Positions 53,321-64,000 of a DNA stretch of 64,000 bases are shown here, one piece after another. Both the position numbers and the translations under genes were made by a program. The stretch's first letter is position 1; every line of letters begins with the position of its first letter. Below the pieces are notes generated by a model. That model was not told where the DNA came from. It did no database searches and saw nothing but the letters and a program-made list of their open reading frames with translations. Source of the stretch: an uncultured Gemmatimonadales bacterium (GTDB taxonomy: Bacteria > Gemmatimonadota > Gemmatimonadetes > Longimicrobiales > RSA9); contig OY970192.1 in the NCBI GenBank assembly GCA_963708135.1, positions 2,400,001-2,464,000 of the forward strand, read 5' to 3'.

Positions 53321-54123
53321 CCGCCACCCCCCGCGTGCACCAGACGCGGGTGCGACAGGAAGAAGGCGTCCACCGCATCCGCCAGCGCGTGCGCGATCCT
53401 GTCCTGGAATGCCGAGCCCGCGAGCAGCCGCTCCTCCTTCCGGTCCGAGATGAAGGCCGTCTCCACCAGCACGGCCGGCATGAACGCGCCCACGAGCACG
53501 CGGAACCCCGCCTGCTTCACGCCGCGGTTCGGCCCCGGCTCGAAGGCCGCCAGCCGCCGCTGGACGATCTCCGCCAGGTCGTCGGAGGCGTGGATGTAGT
53601 AGTCGTTGCGCAGGTTGTTCAGGATCCTGTCCACGTCCGACCCCGTGGTCGCGCCCGCGTCCTCGTAGCGAGTCGCCTCGTTCTCCATCTCCGCCACCCG
53701 CCGCTCGTCCTCCGTCCGCGCGTCCGAGAGGAAGTACGTCTCGAAGCCGCGCGAGCCGGGGACCCCGGCGTTGCAGTGGATCGACACGAACAGGGAAGCC
53801 GCCCGCCCCGCCTTCCATTCGTTCGCCCGGCGCGGCCGGTCCGCCAGCGAGATCAGCGTGTCCCGCGCCCGCGTCAGGTGCACCTCGTAGCCCCGCTGCC
53901 GCAGCACCGCGCCGAGCTGCTTCGACAGCGCCAGCGTGACGTCCTTCTCGCGCACGCCGTCCGGCCCGATCCGCCCGGCATCCCGGCCGCCGTGCCCGGC
54001 ATCGATCACCACGACCCGCCCCGCGCCCATGGTCGGGTGCGCGGAGGCGGTCCGTGCCGTCTGCGCCACGGCGGACAGGGAGAGGGGCAGCAGCAGCGCC
54101 AGCAGGAGGAGGGCTCGCATCAT
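53317..54123 (-). CDS. N-acetylmuramoyl-L-alanine amidase (Amidase_3)
   Basis: Signal peptide; VVIDAGHGG, EKDVTL, FVSIHCN, PAVLVETAF. Confidence 0.93.
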   Translation of the reverse strand: MMRALLLLALLLPLSLSAVAQTARTASAHPTMGAGRVVVIDAGHGGRDAGRIGPDGVREKDVTLALSKQLGAVLRQRGYEVHLTRARDTLISLADRPRRANEWKAGRAASLFVSIHCNAGVPGSRGFETYFLSDARTEDERRVAEMENEATRYEDAGATTGSDVDRILNNLRNDYYIHASDDLAEIVQRRLAAFEPGPNRGVKQAGFRVLVGAFMPAVLVETAFISDRKEERLLAGSAFQDRIAHALADAVDAFFLSHPRLVHAGGGG

Positions 54124-54590
54124 CGTCCCGCGCGGAAGGCGCGCTCGACCTCCCGCTCGGCCGCGCGCTTCTTCAGGTCCTCGCGCTTGTCGTAGAGCTT
54201 CTTGCCCCGCCCGAGGGCGAGGGTCACCTTGATGTGGCCGTGGCTGAGGTAGAGGTCGAGCGGCACGAGCGTGAGCCCCTTCTCCTGCACGGCACCGATC
54301 AGCCGCCGGATCTCGGAGCGGTGCAGCAGCAGCTTGCGCGGCCGGACCGGGTCCGTGTTCCAGCGGCTCGCGGGGTCGTACGGGCTCACGTGCATGTCGT
54401 GCAGCCAGACCTCGCCGCGGTCCACGCGGCCAAAGGCCTCGGCCAGGCTCGCCCTCCCCGCCCGCACCGACTTGACCTCGGGCCCGGTCAGCACGATCCC
54501 CGCCTCCCACGTGTCCAGCACGTGGTAGTCGTGGCGCGCCTTCTTGTTCCGGGCAAGGAATTTCCTCGTGTCCGTGCTGGGCTTGGCCAT
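54120..54590 (-). CDS. smpB: SsrA-binding protein
   Basis: NKKARHDY, EAGIVLTGPEVKS, RKLLLHR, GKKLYDKRE. Confidence 0.97.
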   Translation of the reverse strand: MAKPSTDTRKFLARNKKARHDYHVLDTWEAGIVLTGPEVKSVRAGRASLAEAFGRVDRGEVWLHDMHVSPYDPASRWNTDPVRPRKLLLHRSEIRRLIGAVQEKGLTLVPLDLYLSHGHIKVTLALGRGKKLYDKREDLKKRAAEREVERAFRAGR

Positions 54591-54639
54591 GTGCGATCAA
54601 TCTATCCGGCGGCGGCGGGCCGCGGAAGTCGTGGCGGGC

Positions 54640-55278
54640 TCAGTAGATGAGGACCGGCGTCCCCACGTCCACCAGGTAGTACAGCTCGCGCGCGTCCTCG
54701 TTCGTGAAGCGGATGCAGCCGTGCGAGACGCGCCGCTCCGCGGGGTCCGGCCGGAGCACCAGGTCGGGGTGATCCGTGCCGTGCATCGCCAGCTCGTAGC
54801 CGATGTAGAGGGCCGTCGTGCCCAGCGTCCCCGGCTGCCGGCGGTCCGGCGCATCCGCCGACGGCACCGGCTGCCCCTCCTCAATGTAGGCCCAGTCCGG
54901 CTTCACCCACACCGGGTCCTTCTCCTTGCGCTCGACCCGGAACACCCCCCGCGGCGTGCCGAACTTCCACGCCCGCTGGCTGTGCTCCAGCCGGAACCCC
55001 GTCCCCGTGGCTACGGGCGCGCTCCACAGCACCCGCCGCCCCTCGAGGACGTAGGCCCGGTTCTCCGCCAGGTGGATCACTACGTAGCGGCCCGGCGCCT
55101 CGAGCGCCGCCCGGTCGAGCACGGTCCCGGCGGCGGCGGCGGCGCCCACCTCCGGCGCAGCGGCGCCGAAGCGCAGCGCAATGCCGTCCGTGCCGTCCTG
55201 CGCGCCCGCGCCCCGGGGCGCGAGCGCCAGCAGCGCGAGGCCGAGCGCCTGCCCGGCCCGCGCCCACGTCCGCCTCAT
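54640..55278 (-). CDS. L,D-transpeptidase (YkuD domain)
   Basis: PVATG, TPRG, AMHGT, VSHGCIR; signal peptide. Confidence 0.9.
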   Translation of the reverse strand: MRRTWARAGQALGLALLALAPRGAGAQDGTDGIALRFGAAAPEVGAAAAAGTVLDRAALEAPGRYVVIHLAENRAYVLEGRRVLWSAPVATGTGFRLEHSQRAWKFGTPRGVFRVERKEKDPVWVKPDWAYIEEGQPVPSADAPDRRQPGTLGTTALYIGYELAMHGTDHPDLVLRPDPAERRVSHGCIRFTNEDARELYYLVDVGTPVLIY

Positions 55279-56140
55279 CCCAGCCGCTCCTTCTGCCGTC
55301 TGCGGATCCGCTTCATCGCGAAGATCTGCGCCACCTCGCCGCCGAGGATGAACACCACGGCGGAGTAATAGATCCAGAGCACGAGTACCACCAGCGTGGC
55401 CAGGTTGCCGTACATCGAGGTGTAGTCCGCCAGGCTGGTGACGTACCAGGAGAAGCCCTGCTTGAGCAGCTCGAAGAGGACCGCCGTGAAGGTGGCCGCC
55501 ACAATGGAGGTGCGCCATTGGGTGCGGCGCGCCGGCAGGTAGCGGTAGACGAGCACGAACATGACCCAGATGGAGAGGAACGCCACCGCCTCGACGTAGA
55601 CCTGGTGCGGGCCCGGCTGGTCGAGCTGGAACCCGAACACGCGCAGCCCGAAGCCCGCGATCACGTCCACCGCCACCGTCAGGCCGACGTTCAGCGTGAA
55701 CAGCGCGCCCGCCGCGAAGACCATCTTCACGTCGAAGATCTTGCCGGCAATGATGCCGCGGTCCTGGGCCAGGTCGAACACCTGCTTGAGCGTCGAGCGG
55801 AGCGTGCCGATCAGGCGGGTGGCGAACCAGATCAGCCCGACCATGCCGATGCTCAGCAAGCCCGTCGAACTGGTCCACCAGTCCGTGCAGCAGCTGCGCG
55901 ATCCACTGCTCGAACTGCGGGCTCACGGGGGGAATGCTGCGCAGGACGATGTCGAGCAGCTTGCCGGTGGGATTGCCCTCCTGCTGGCGCAGGATGAAGC
56001 CGGCCATCCCCAGCACGGCCAGGATCAATGGGACGAAGGCGACGAGCACGTTGAACGCGATCGCCGCCGCCATGAAGAAGATGTCGTCCGCGCCCGCCTT
56101 GTCCCAGATCCGGCGGATGAAGTCCTGCCCCCCGCGCCAC
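55275..56140 (-). CDS. YihY/BrkB family membrane protein (frame break near 55868; start uncertain)
   Basis: MAAAIAFN..AFVP; YRYLP, FELLKQGFSWY, MYGNLAT, WIYYSA, GGEV. Confidence 0.8.
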
Positions 56141-56161
56141 CCGCGCCCCGCGGCGGACCCC

Positions 56162-56602
56162 TCAGTCGCGGGCTTCGTCGTCCTCCTCCAGCTCGACCTC
56201 GATCTCGAGATCGGACTGCCCCTCCGCCGTGTACGCCCGGCGCGCTTCGTCGAAGGTCTCGCGCGTCTCGCGGATGCGACGCTCCATGTCCGCCCGCGTC
56301 TCGCGCGCCGCCGTCCGGCCCGTGTCGAGGGCATCGCGCGCCGCGTCCATCGTGCCGCCCACCTGGCGCCGCACGCTCTCCACCGTGTCGCCGACCGCGT
56401 CCTGCACCTGCCGCACCGCGTCCTCCGCCCGGTCGCGGACGCGGCGGGCGCCATCCCGCAGCCCCTCGCGCGTCTCCCGCCCCGAGCGCGGCGCGAGCAG
56501 CAGCGCCGCCCCCGCCCCGAGCATCAGTCCCCAAACGAACGCCCGGAAGCCGCCTGTCTCCCGCTCCACCACGATGTAGGGTAGCTCCTCGTAGTCGCTC
56601 AT
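56162..56602 (-). CDS. YtxH-like protein
   Basis: FVWGLMLGAGAALLLAPRSGRETR followed by coiled coil. Confidence 0.85.
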   Translation of the reverse strand: MSDYEELPYIVVERETGGFRAFVWGLMLGAGAALLLAPRSGRETREGLRDGARRVRDRAEDAVRQVQDAVGDTVESVRRQVGGTMDAARDALDTGRTAARETRADMERRIRETRETFDEARRAYTAEGQSDLEIEVELEEDDEARD

Positions 56603-56651
56603 GTCGCAATCGCTCCTGTCGGGACGCACGCTCCGGCGCGTGCGGCGGGGT

Positions 56652-58013
56652 TCACGTCGCCGCGACCTTCTCTTTCGTGTACGTCGTCAGCTTCGACTTC
56701 AGGTCCTTCTGCGTCATGCCCAGAATCTTGGCCGTCTTCCTGTGGTCCCCGCCCGTGAAGGCGAACGTCTTCAGGATCAGCAGCCGCTCCGCGTCGCCGA
56801 GCGAGCTGCCGACCGGCACGTAGACCTCCCGCTCCTCCATGCTCGCGTTGCGCGGCTGCAGGTCCGCGGCCTCGATCCGCTCGCCGCGCGCCAGGATCAC
56901 GGCCCGCTCGATCGCGTTCTTCAGCTCCCGCACGTTGCCCGGCCAGCGATACGTCTCGATGTACTCGATCGCCCCCTCGCCGAGCCCCTCCAGCTTCTTG
57001 CCGTGGTGTTCGCCGAAGCGCCCCAGGAACTCCTCCGCCAGCAGCAGCACGTCCCCGCCCCGCTCCCTGAGCGGCGGCAGGAACATCGGGATCACCGCCA
57101 GCCGGTGGTAGAGGTCCTCGCGCAGATCGCCGTCCTTCAGTGCGTCGTCGATGTTCTTGTTCGTGGCGGCCACCACCCGGATGTCCACCTGGATCTCCTT
57201 CTTCCCGCCCAGCCGCCGGAACGAGCGCTGCTCGAGCGCGCGCAGGAACTTCACCTGTACGTCCGGCTCCATCTCGGCCACCTCGTCCAGGAACAGCGTG
57301 CCGCCGTCCGCCAGCTCGAACGCGCCGGGCTTCTCGGCGATCGCCCCCGTGAACGCTCCCTTCTCGTGGCCGAACAGCTCGTTCTCCAGGATCTCGCGCG
57401 GGAACGCGCCGCAGTTCAGCGCGATGAACGGCCCCTTCGCGCGCGTCAACTTCTGGTGGAGCGCCCGGGCGACGAGCTCCTTCCCCGTCCCGCTCTCGCC
57501 CACGATGAGCACGCTCGCATCCGACGGAGCGACCGCCTCGATCACCGTGTAGATCTCCCGCATCTCCTCCGACTGCCCCAGCATCTCGCCGAAGCGCGTC
57601 AGGCTCTCCAGCCGCTTCTGCAGCTGCTTGTTGGCCGTCCGCACCTGGTACTTCTCCAGCGCCCGCGGGATCAGCGCCTTCAGCCGCTCCAGGTCGAGCG
57701 GCTTCGGCAGGTAGTCGTACGCGCCGTTGCGCATCGCCTCCACCGCGTCCGCCACCGTCCCCTTGCCCGTGATGAAGATCACCTCGCTGTCGATCTTCTC
57801 CTCGCGCATTTTCGCGAACAGCTCCAGCCCGTCGATGCGCGGCATCTTCAGGTCGGCCAGCACCAGACCGTACTCCACCGCCTGCACCTTCTCCAGCGCC
57901 TCCCTCCCGTCCGCGGCCGTGTCAGCCTCGTAGCCCTCCTCCTGGAGGAGCATCTGGAGACCTTCGGCAATGTGCCGTTCGTCGTCCGCGATCAGCAGCT
58001 TGGGTTGGCTCAT
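56652..58013 (-). CDS. Sigma54-dependent response regulator (NtrC/AtoC family)
   Basis: Receiver (ADDE, DLKMP), GESGTGKE, ELFGHEKGAFTGA, WPGNVRELKN, HTH. Confidence 0.95.
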   Translation of the reverse strand: MSQPKLLIADDERHIAEGLQMLLQEEGYEADTAADGREALEKVQAVEYGLVLADLKMPRIDGLELFAKMREEKIDSEVIFITGKGTVADAVEAMRNGAYDYLPKPLDLERLKALIPRALEKYQVRTANKQLQKRLESLTRFGEMLGQSEEMREIYTVIEAVAPSDASVLIVGESGTGKELVARALHQKLTRAKGPFIALNCGAFPREILENELFGHEKGAFTGAIAEKPGAFELADGGTLFLDEVAEMEPDVQVKFLRALEQRSFRRLGGKKEIQVDIRVVAATNKNIDDALKDGDLREDLYHRLAVIPMFLPPLRERGGDVLLLAEEFLGRFGEHHGKKLEGLGEGAIEYIETYRWPGNVRELKNAIERAVILARGERIEAADLQPRNASMEEREVYVPVGSSLGDAERLLILKTFAFTGGDHRKTAKILGMTQKDLKSKLTTYTKEKVAAT

Positions 58014-58073
58014 ACGCTCCGCATGCAGATTCCGTGGGTACCGCCTGAAAGTTGACCGCCGCCGACGACCCGG

Positions 58074-58865
58074 TCAAGCACGCCCGGCAAGCGGCACCGA
58101 CAGCGTGAACGCGACGCCCCGCCCCTCCAGCCCCGGCGCCTCCTCCAGCAGCACCGTCCCGCCCGCCGCCGCCGCCAGGTGGCACGCCACCGCCAGTCCC
58201 AGTCCGCGCCGGCCCGGCCGCGAGGAGACCCCCGGCTCGCCCAGCCGCTGCCGCAGCGACGCCTCGATCCCCGGCCCGTCATCGGCCACCCGCACGCGCG
58301 CCACCCCGCTCCCCACCACCACCGCCACGGACACGCGCCCACCCCCACTCGCGGCATCCAGCCCGTTCAGCACCAGGTTCAGCACCACGTGGCGCAACGC
58401 GTGCTTCGCCATCGCGACGCGCGGGCCCAGCCCCGGCGAGGTGTATTCCACGTCAACGCGGGCGAGCTTGCCGAGCACCTCCACGAGCGGAACGATCTCC
58501 TCGAGCGCGGCCGCCAGGTCGCTCTCCGCCTCCTCGTCGCGGGGCGGCCGGATCACGCGCAGCAGCTGCTCGACGAGGGCGTTCACCCGCCGCATCTCGG
58601 TCTCCAGGATGCCGACGCGCTCGAGCGCGTCGGCGCCGCGGTCCGCCTCCACACGACGCCGCAGCAACTCGAGGTTGATCACCATGGCGTGCAGCGGGTT
58701 CTTGATCTCGTGCGCGAGGTCGTCCGCCAGCCGGCTGACCAGATCCAGCCGGTTGGCCTGCACCTCCAGGACACTCACCTGCGTCGCCTGGCCGATCACG
58801 GTCTCGGAGTCGGGGTCTGGGTCATGGGTCGATGGCGAGGATGCTGCACGATCCGTTCCCCCCAC
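58074..58865 (-). CDS. Histidine kinase (HisKA + HATPase, no obvious sensor domain; start uncertain)
   Basis: AHEIKNPL, NLVLNGLDA, DDGPG, GLGLAV. Confidence 0.85.
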   Translation of the reverse strand: MGGTDRAASSPSTHDPDPDSETVIGQATQVSVLEVQANRLDLVSRLADDLAHEIKNPLHAMVINLELLRRRVEADRGADALERVGILETEMRRVNALVEQLLRVIRPPRDEEAESDLAAALEEIVPLVEVLGKLARVDVEYTSPGLGPRVAMAKHALRHVVLNLVLNGLDAASGGGRVSVAVVVGSGVARVRVADDGPGIEASLRQRLGEPGVSSRPGRRGLGLAVACHLAAAAGGTVLLEEAPGLEGRGVAFTLSVPLAGRA

Positions 58866-58871
58866 CGCGCC

Positions 58872-59726
58872 TCAGGAAGGCACGCGCGAATCCCGCTCCG
58901 CCGCCGCCTCGCGCGCCACCTGCGCCCAGTAGGGGCCCGCGAGCGACGTGGCCGCGTGCCGCGCCTCCGCCGGGAACACCCGGCCGTCCAGCGAGCGGAA
59001 CGGCACGATGCCGAGCGAGGACATGGTGGCGAACGCCTCCTCCGCGCCGTCCAGCGCGCCGCGCGGGAAGCTCCCCTCCTCGACGCTGAGCCCGAGGCCG
59101 GGCGCCAGCTCGAGCAGCGCCGCGCGCGTCACGCCTTCGAGCAGCCCCAGCGCCGCGGCCGGCGTGTAGAGCACATCGCCGCGTCGCCAGAACACGTTCC
59201 AGCTCGGCCCCTCGGCCACGGCCCCCTCCTCGCAGAGGAGCAGCGCGTCCTCGGCGCCGGCGCGGCGCGCCTCCAGCCGTGCCAGCAGCCCGTGCAGCCG
59301 TCCGAGCGTCTTCAGACGCGAGAGCGGGCCGGGCGGCGGGTGCCGGACCGCCGCCGTCGCGATCGTCCAGCCGGCCGCGGCGCGCTCGCGCCAGTCCGCC
59401 GGCAGCGGCGCGAGGGTTCCGAGCACGGTGGGCCCGGCGCCGGGCCGTCCGCGCGTGATCGTGAGGCGGAGCCCCGCCTCCTCGATGGCGTTACGCTCCG
59501 CCAGCCCGACGGCGATGGTGCGCAGCGTATCGGCCGGCGGCAGTGGGATCTCGAGCGCGGCCGCGCCGGCGGCGAGGCGTTCGAGGTGGCGCCCGAGTCG
59601 GAAGTAGCCGCCGCGGTGCAGCCGGGCGGTCTCGAAGAGGGCGTCGCCGTGGAGGAACCCGCGGTCGTCGATCGGGATACACGCGTCCGCCGCGTCCAGC
59701 CAGCGGCCGTCGAGATGGACGATCAC
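58872..59726 (-). CDS. Class IV aminotransferase (PabC/IlvE/Dat family)
   Basis: DRGFLHGDALFET, HLERL, LKT, EGPSWN, LLEGVTR. Confidence 0.9.
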   Translation of the reverse strand: MIVHLDGRWLDAADACIPIDDRGFLHGDALFETARLHRGGYFRLGRHLERLAAGAAALEIPLPPADTLRTIAVGLAERNAIEEAGLRLTITRGRPGAGPTVLGTLAPLPADWRERAAAGWTIATAAVRHPPPGPLSRLKTLGRLHGLLARLEARRAGAEDALLLCEEGAVAEGPSWNVFWRRGDVLYTPAAALGLLEGVTRAALLELAPGLGLSVEEGSFPRGALDGAEEAFATMSSLGIVPFRSLDGRVFPAEARHAATSLAGPYWAQVAREAAAERDSRVPS

Positions 59727-59748
59727 GCGCCGATCGCGGGGGGCCGCG

Positions 59749-61146
<1,398 letters not shown>

Positions 61147-61168
61147 GAGACCCCCTGGTGTCACGACG

Positions 61169-61948
61169 CTAGATCTCGACGGCGAGGCCGTCGTAGGCGG
61201 GCTCCACCCCGGCGGGCAGGCGCGCGGCCAGCTCGGCGTGCACCAGACGGTGCGTCAGGTGGGTCAGATAGGTACGCTCCGCGCCGACGGCCGCCGCCGC
61301 CGCCAGCGCTTCCTCGATGTTGAGGTGGGTGGGGTGCGGGCGCCCGAACCAGAGCGCGTTCAGCACCAGCACGCGCACACCCGCGAGCGCCTCCAGCGTG
61401 CGCGGCGGCAGCGACTTGGCATCCGTGACGTAGCCGAGCGCTCCGGCCCGGAAGCCGTACGCCTCCATGTCGCCGTGCGGCACGGGGAGCGGCGTCATCT
61501 CGAGCCCCGCCACCCGAAGCGGGACGTAGGGCTGGTAGCTCTGCAGCCGGATCTCCGGCCGCGTGGTGCCCTCCGGCGGGCGGTAGTCGCGGTCGAAGAT
61601 GTAGCCGAACTTCTCGCGCAGAACCCGCGCGCACTCGGGGTCGGCGTACGCGGGCAGCGCCGCCGTCCCGCGCACGGAGAAGACGCGCAGGTCGTCGATG
61701 CCGTGGATGTGGTCCGCGTGGCAGTGCGTGTAGTAGACGGCGTCCACGCGGTCCACTCCCGCGGCCAGCAGCTGGAGCCTCAGCTCCGGCGGCGTGTCGA
61801 CGAGGACGGCCGCGCCGTCGTCCGTCTCGAGCAGCGCGCCGTGCCGCGAGCGGCGGTCGTGCGGGTCGGCCGAGGTGCACGCCGCGCAGCGGCAGCCAAC
61901 CACCGGGATCCCGAAGGAGGTCCCGGTGCCGAGGAAGGTGAGCCTCAC
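61169..61948 (-). CDS. MBL-fold metallohydrolase (PhnP-like)
   Basis: LTFLGTGTSFG, CRCAAC, THCHADHIHG, THLTH; GTG overlapping pyk stop. Confidence 0.9.
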   Translation of the reverse strand: MRLTFLGTGTSFGIPVVGCRCAACTSADPHDRRSRHGALLETDDGAAVLVDTPPELRLQLLAAGVDRVDAVYYTHCHADHIHGIDDLRVFSVRGTAALPAYADPECARVLREKFGYIFDRDYRPPEGTTRPEIRLQSYQPYVPLRVAGLEMTPLPVPHGDMEAYGFRAGALGYVTDAKSLPPRTLEALAGVRVLVLNALWFGRPHPTHLNIEEALAAAAAVGAERTYLTHLTHRLVHAELAARLPAGVEPAYDGLAVEI

Positions 61949-63357
61949 AGCTCCTCGACCTTCAGCATGTTGGTCGTCCCCGGCACGTGGAAGGGGACTC
62001 CGGCCGTGACCACGATCCGCTGCCCCTCGTGCGCCAGGCCGCTCTCGAGCAGCCGCTCGCGCGCGCACGCCAGCATGTTGTCGTACGTCACCTCTCCGTG
62101 GCAGAGCACCGGCGTCACGCCCCACACCAGCGCCAGCTGGCGGTAGGTCCGCTCCTGGTCGCTCACGCCCAGGATCGGGACCGGCGGCCGGTAGCTCGAG
62201 ACCAGCCGCGCCGAGAAGCCCGTGCGCGTGAACGTCACGATCGCCGGCGCGCCCAGCAGGCTCGCCGCTTCCACCGTAGCCGCCGAGATGGCGTGCTCGG
62301 TGGGCGTGGCGCCCGCGCGCAGGTGGTCCAGCACCGGTACGTCGTATTTCGGCCCTTCGCCGTACGCCTGCGTGCGCTCGATCTCGCCGGCGATCCGCAC
62401 CATTGCCTCGACCGCGAGCAGCGGGTAGCGCCCCATGGCGGTCTCCCCGGACAGCATCACCGCGTCCGTACCGTCGAAGAGGGCGTTCGCGACGTCGCTC
62501 GTCTCCGCCCGCGTCGGACGCGGGTTCTCGATCATCGACTCCAGCATCTGCGTGGCCGTGATCACGGGGCGGCCGTACAGGTTGGCGTACTGCACGATGC
62601 GCTTCTGCGCGATCGGCACCTGCTCGAAGGGCAGCTCCACGCCCAGGTCGCCGCGGGCGACCATCACCGCGTCCGTCTCCGCGAGGATCGACTCGAGGTT
62701 CTCCAGCGCCGTGTCCTTCTCGATCTTGGCCACGATCAGCATGCCCTTCGGGATCCGGCCGCGCAGGTCCACCACGTCCTCCGCCCGCTGCACGAAGCTC
62801 AGCCCTATGTAGTCCACCCCGTGCTCGACCGCGAACGCCAGGTCCGTCAGGTCCTTGGGCGTCAGCGCGGGCGCGCTCACGCGCACGCCCGGCAGGTTCA
62901 TCCCCTTGTGCTCCTTCAGCAGCCCCCCGCGGATCACGCGCGCGAGCACCCGCGGCGGCCGCACCTCCTCGACCCGCAGCTCCATGAGCCCGTCGTCCAG
63001 GAGCACGCGGTCTCCCGGCGCCACGTCCCCCGCGAGCCCCGCGTACGTCGTCGGCAGCTCGTCGCCCGAGGCCTGCTCCTCCGGCGCCAGCGTGACGTGC
63101 TGCTGCTCGCGCAGCTCGAGCGGCGCCGGCAGCGCGCCGATCCGGATCTTCGGCCCACCCAGGTCCGCCAGCACCGCCATCGGCTTGCCCATCACCCGCG
63201 ACGCCTCCCGCACCCACTCCACCACCTGCGCGTGCGTCTCGTGCGCGCCGTGCGCGAAGTTCACCCGCACGACGTCCACGCCCAGCTCCGCCAGCGCGTG
63301 GATCCGGTCCCGCTCGGCCGTGGCCGGCCCTATGGTCGCAACGATCTTGGTTCGCAC
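61945..63357 (-). CDS. pyk: Pyruvate kinase
   Basis: TKIVATIGP, AKIE, MVARGDLG, ATQMLESM, DAVMLSGETA. Confidence 0.97.
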   Translation of the reverse strand: MRTKIVATIGPATAERDRIHALAELGVDVVRVNFAHGAHETHAQVVEWVREASRVMGKPMAVLADLGGPKIRIGALPAPLELREQQHVTLAPEEQASGDELPTTYAGLAGDVAPGDRVLLDDGLMELRVEEVRPPRVLARVIRGGLLKEHKGMNLPGVRVSAPALTPKDLTDLAFAVEHGVDYIGLSFVQRAEDVVDLRGRIPKGMLIVAKIEKDTALENLESILAETDAVMVARGDLGVELPFEQVPIAQKRIVQYANLYGRPVITATQMLESMIENPRPTRAETSDVANALFDGTDAVMLSGETAMGRYPLLAVEAMVRIAGEIERTQAYGEGPKYDVPVLDHLRAGATPTEHAISAATVEAASLLGAPAIVTFTRTGFSARLVSSYRPPVPILGVSDQERTYRQLALVWGVTPVLCHGEVTYDNMLACARERLLESGLAHEGQRIVVTAGVPFHVPGTTNMLKVEEL

Positions 63358-63398
63358 CCCGACTCCCGTCCCACTTCACCGGTCCATGTCCCGCGGCG

Positions 63399-64000
63399 TC
63401 AGCCGCGCTCGTTCCACACCACCACCCCGCCCACCACCGCCGCCACGCAGCGGAGCGACAGCAGCTCCGCCCCCGCCGCCTCGAGCGGGTCGCGGTCCCA
63501 CGCGGCGAAGTCCGCATCGGCGCCGGCGGCGAGGTGGCCCCGCGTCACCTGGAGCCCGGCGGCCCGCGCCGCGCCCCGGGTGTAGCCGGCCAGCGTCTCG
63601 GCCATCCCGATCCGCTCCTCCGGGTGCCAGCCCCCCGCCGGCCCGCCCTCCGCATCCTGCCGCGCGGTGGCGCCCAGGAACCCGAGCCGCGGATCCACCG
63701 GCTCGACCGGCGCATCCGAGCCGAAGGCCAGCGTCGCGCCCGCCCGCGCGAGCGAGCCGAACGCGTACGCGCCGCGGCAGCGCGCCTCGCCCCAGTGCCG
63801 GTCCGCGGCCCGCCAGTCCGTGCACAGGTGGGCCGGCTGCATCGAGCAGACGATCCCCGCCCGCGCCGCGTCGCCGAAGCGCTCCGGCGGGCAGAGCTGC
63901 ACGTGCTCGATCCGGTGCGGCAGCGCGAGCCCGCTCCCGCCCACGCGAGCCAGCACGTCCAGGGCCAGCTCGACGGCCGCGTCCCCGATCGCGTGCACCG
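63399..64000 (-). CDS. Amidohydrolase family 3 (YtcJ-like), C-terminal part; start beyond window
   Basis: HAIGD, RIEHVQ, SMQPAH, FGSDAPV, YTRGAA, ADF. Confidence 0.88.
   Translation of the reverse strand, partial: VHAIGDAAVELALDVLARVGGSGLALPHRIEHVQLCPPERFGDAARAGIVCSMQPAHLCTDWRAADRHWGEARCRGAYAFGSLARAGATLAFGSDAPVEPVDPRLGFLGATARQDAEGGPAGGWHPEERIGMAETLAGYTRGAARAAGLQVTRGHLAAGADADFAAWDRDPLEAAGAELLSLRCVAAVVGGVVVWNERG

Noticed and set aside
54640..56454. 604-aa ORF joining YihY N-terminus to L,D-transpeptidase
   Set aside because: Product of the yihY frame break; the transpeptidase has its own ATG overlapping the yihY stop
61169..63517. 782-aa ORF extension of the MBL hydrolase
   Set aside because: Alternative frame of pyk; true start is GTG at 61948

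Overview
Very GC-rich bacterial chromosome segment. Gene order and protein style suggest Gemmatimonadota (Longimicrobiia-like); this is an inference. Almost everything is on the minus strand. Left to right: start of an exopolysaccharide locus (partial nucleotide-sugar dehydrogenase, GT4, sugar phosphotransferase, UpxY-type antiterminator), a second nucleotide-sugar dehydrogenase, cobA/hemD fusion and cation:proton antiporter. Next comes the translation/transcription supercluster (rpmB, alpha, spc, S10 and str operons, rpoBC, rplKAJL, nusG, secE, rpmG, two near-identical tuf copies), with an intact IS630 element between secY and adk. Then three dispersed tRNA genes interleaved with a small ORF, a DUF4382-like lipoprotein and an NfeD/flotillin pair, followed by housekeeping genes (cysS, MscS, pyrF, pyrD, TPR lipoprotein, amidase, smpB, L,D-transpeptidase, YihY, YtxH-like, sigma54 two-component pair, class IV aminotransferase, pgi, MBL hydrolase, pyk, partial amidohydrolase). 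Five frame breaks (fusA, rpoC, rpoB, TPR lipoprotein, yihY) look like consensus errors. The most interesting signals are non-coding: a mimic of the 16S helix-21 S8-binding core sequestering the rpsH ribosome-binding site, a terminator inside the rpsL leader, an L1-binding site before rplK, an IS-junction hybrid promoter facing adk, and a sigma54-like promoter plus structured leader before upxY. All calls were made by eye; no database searches were run.
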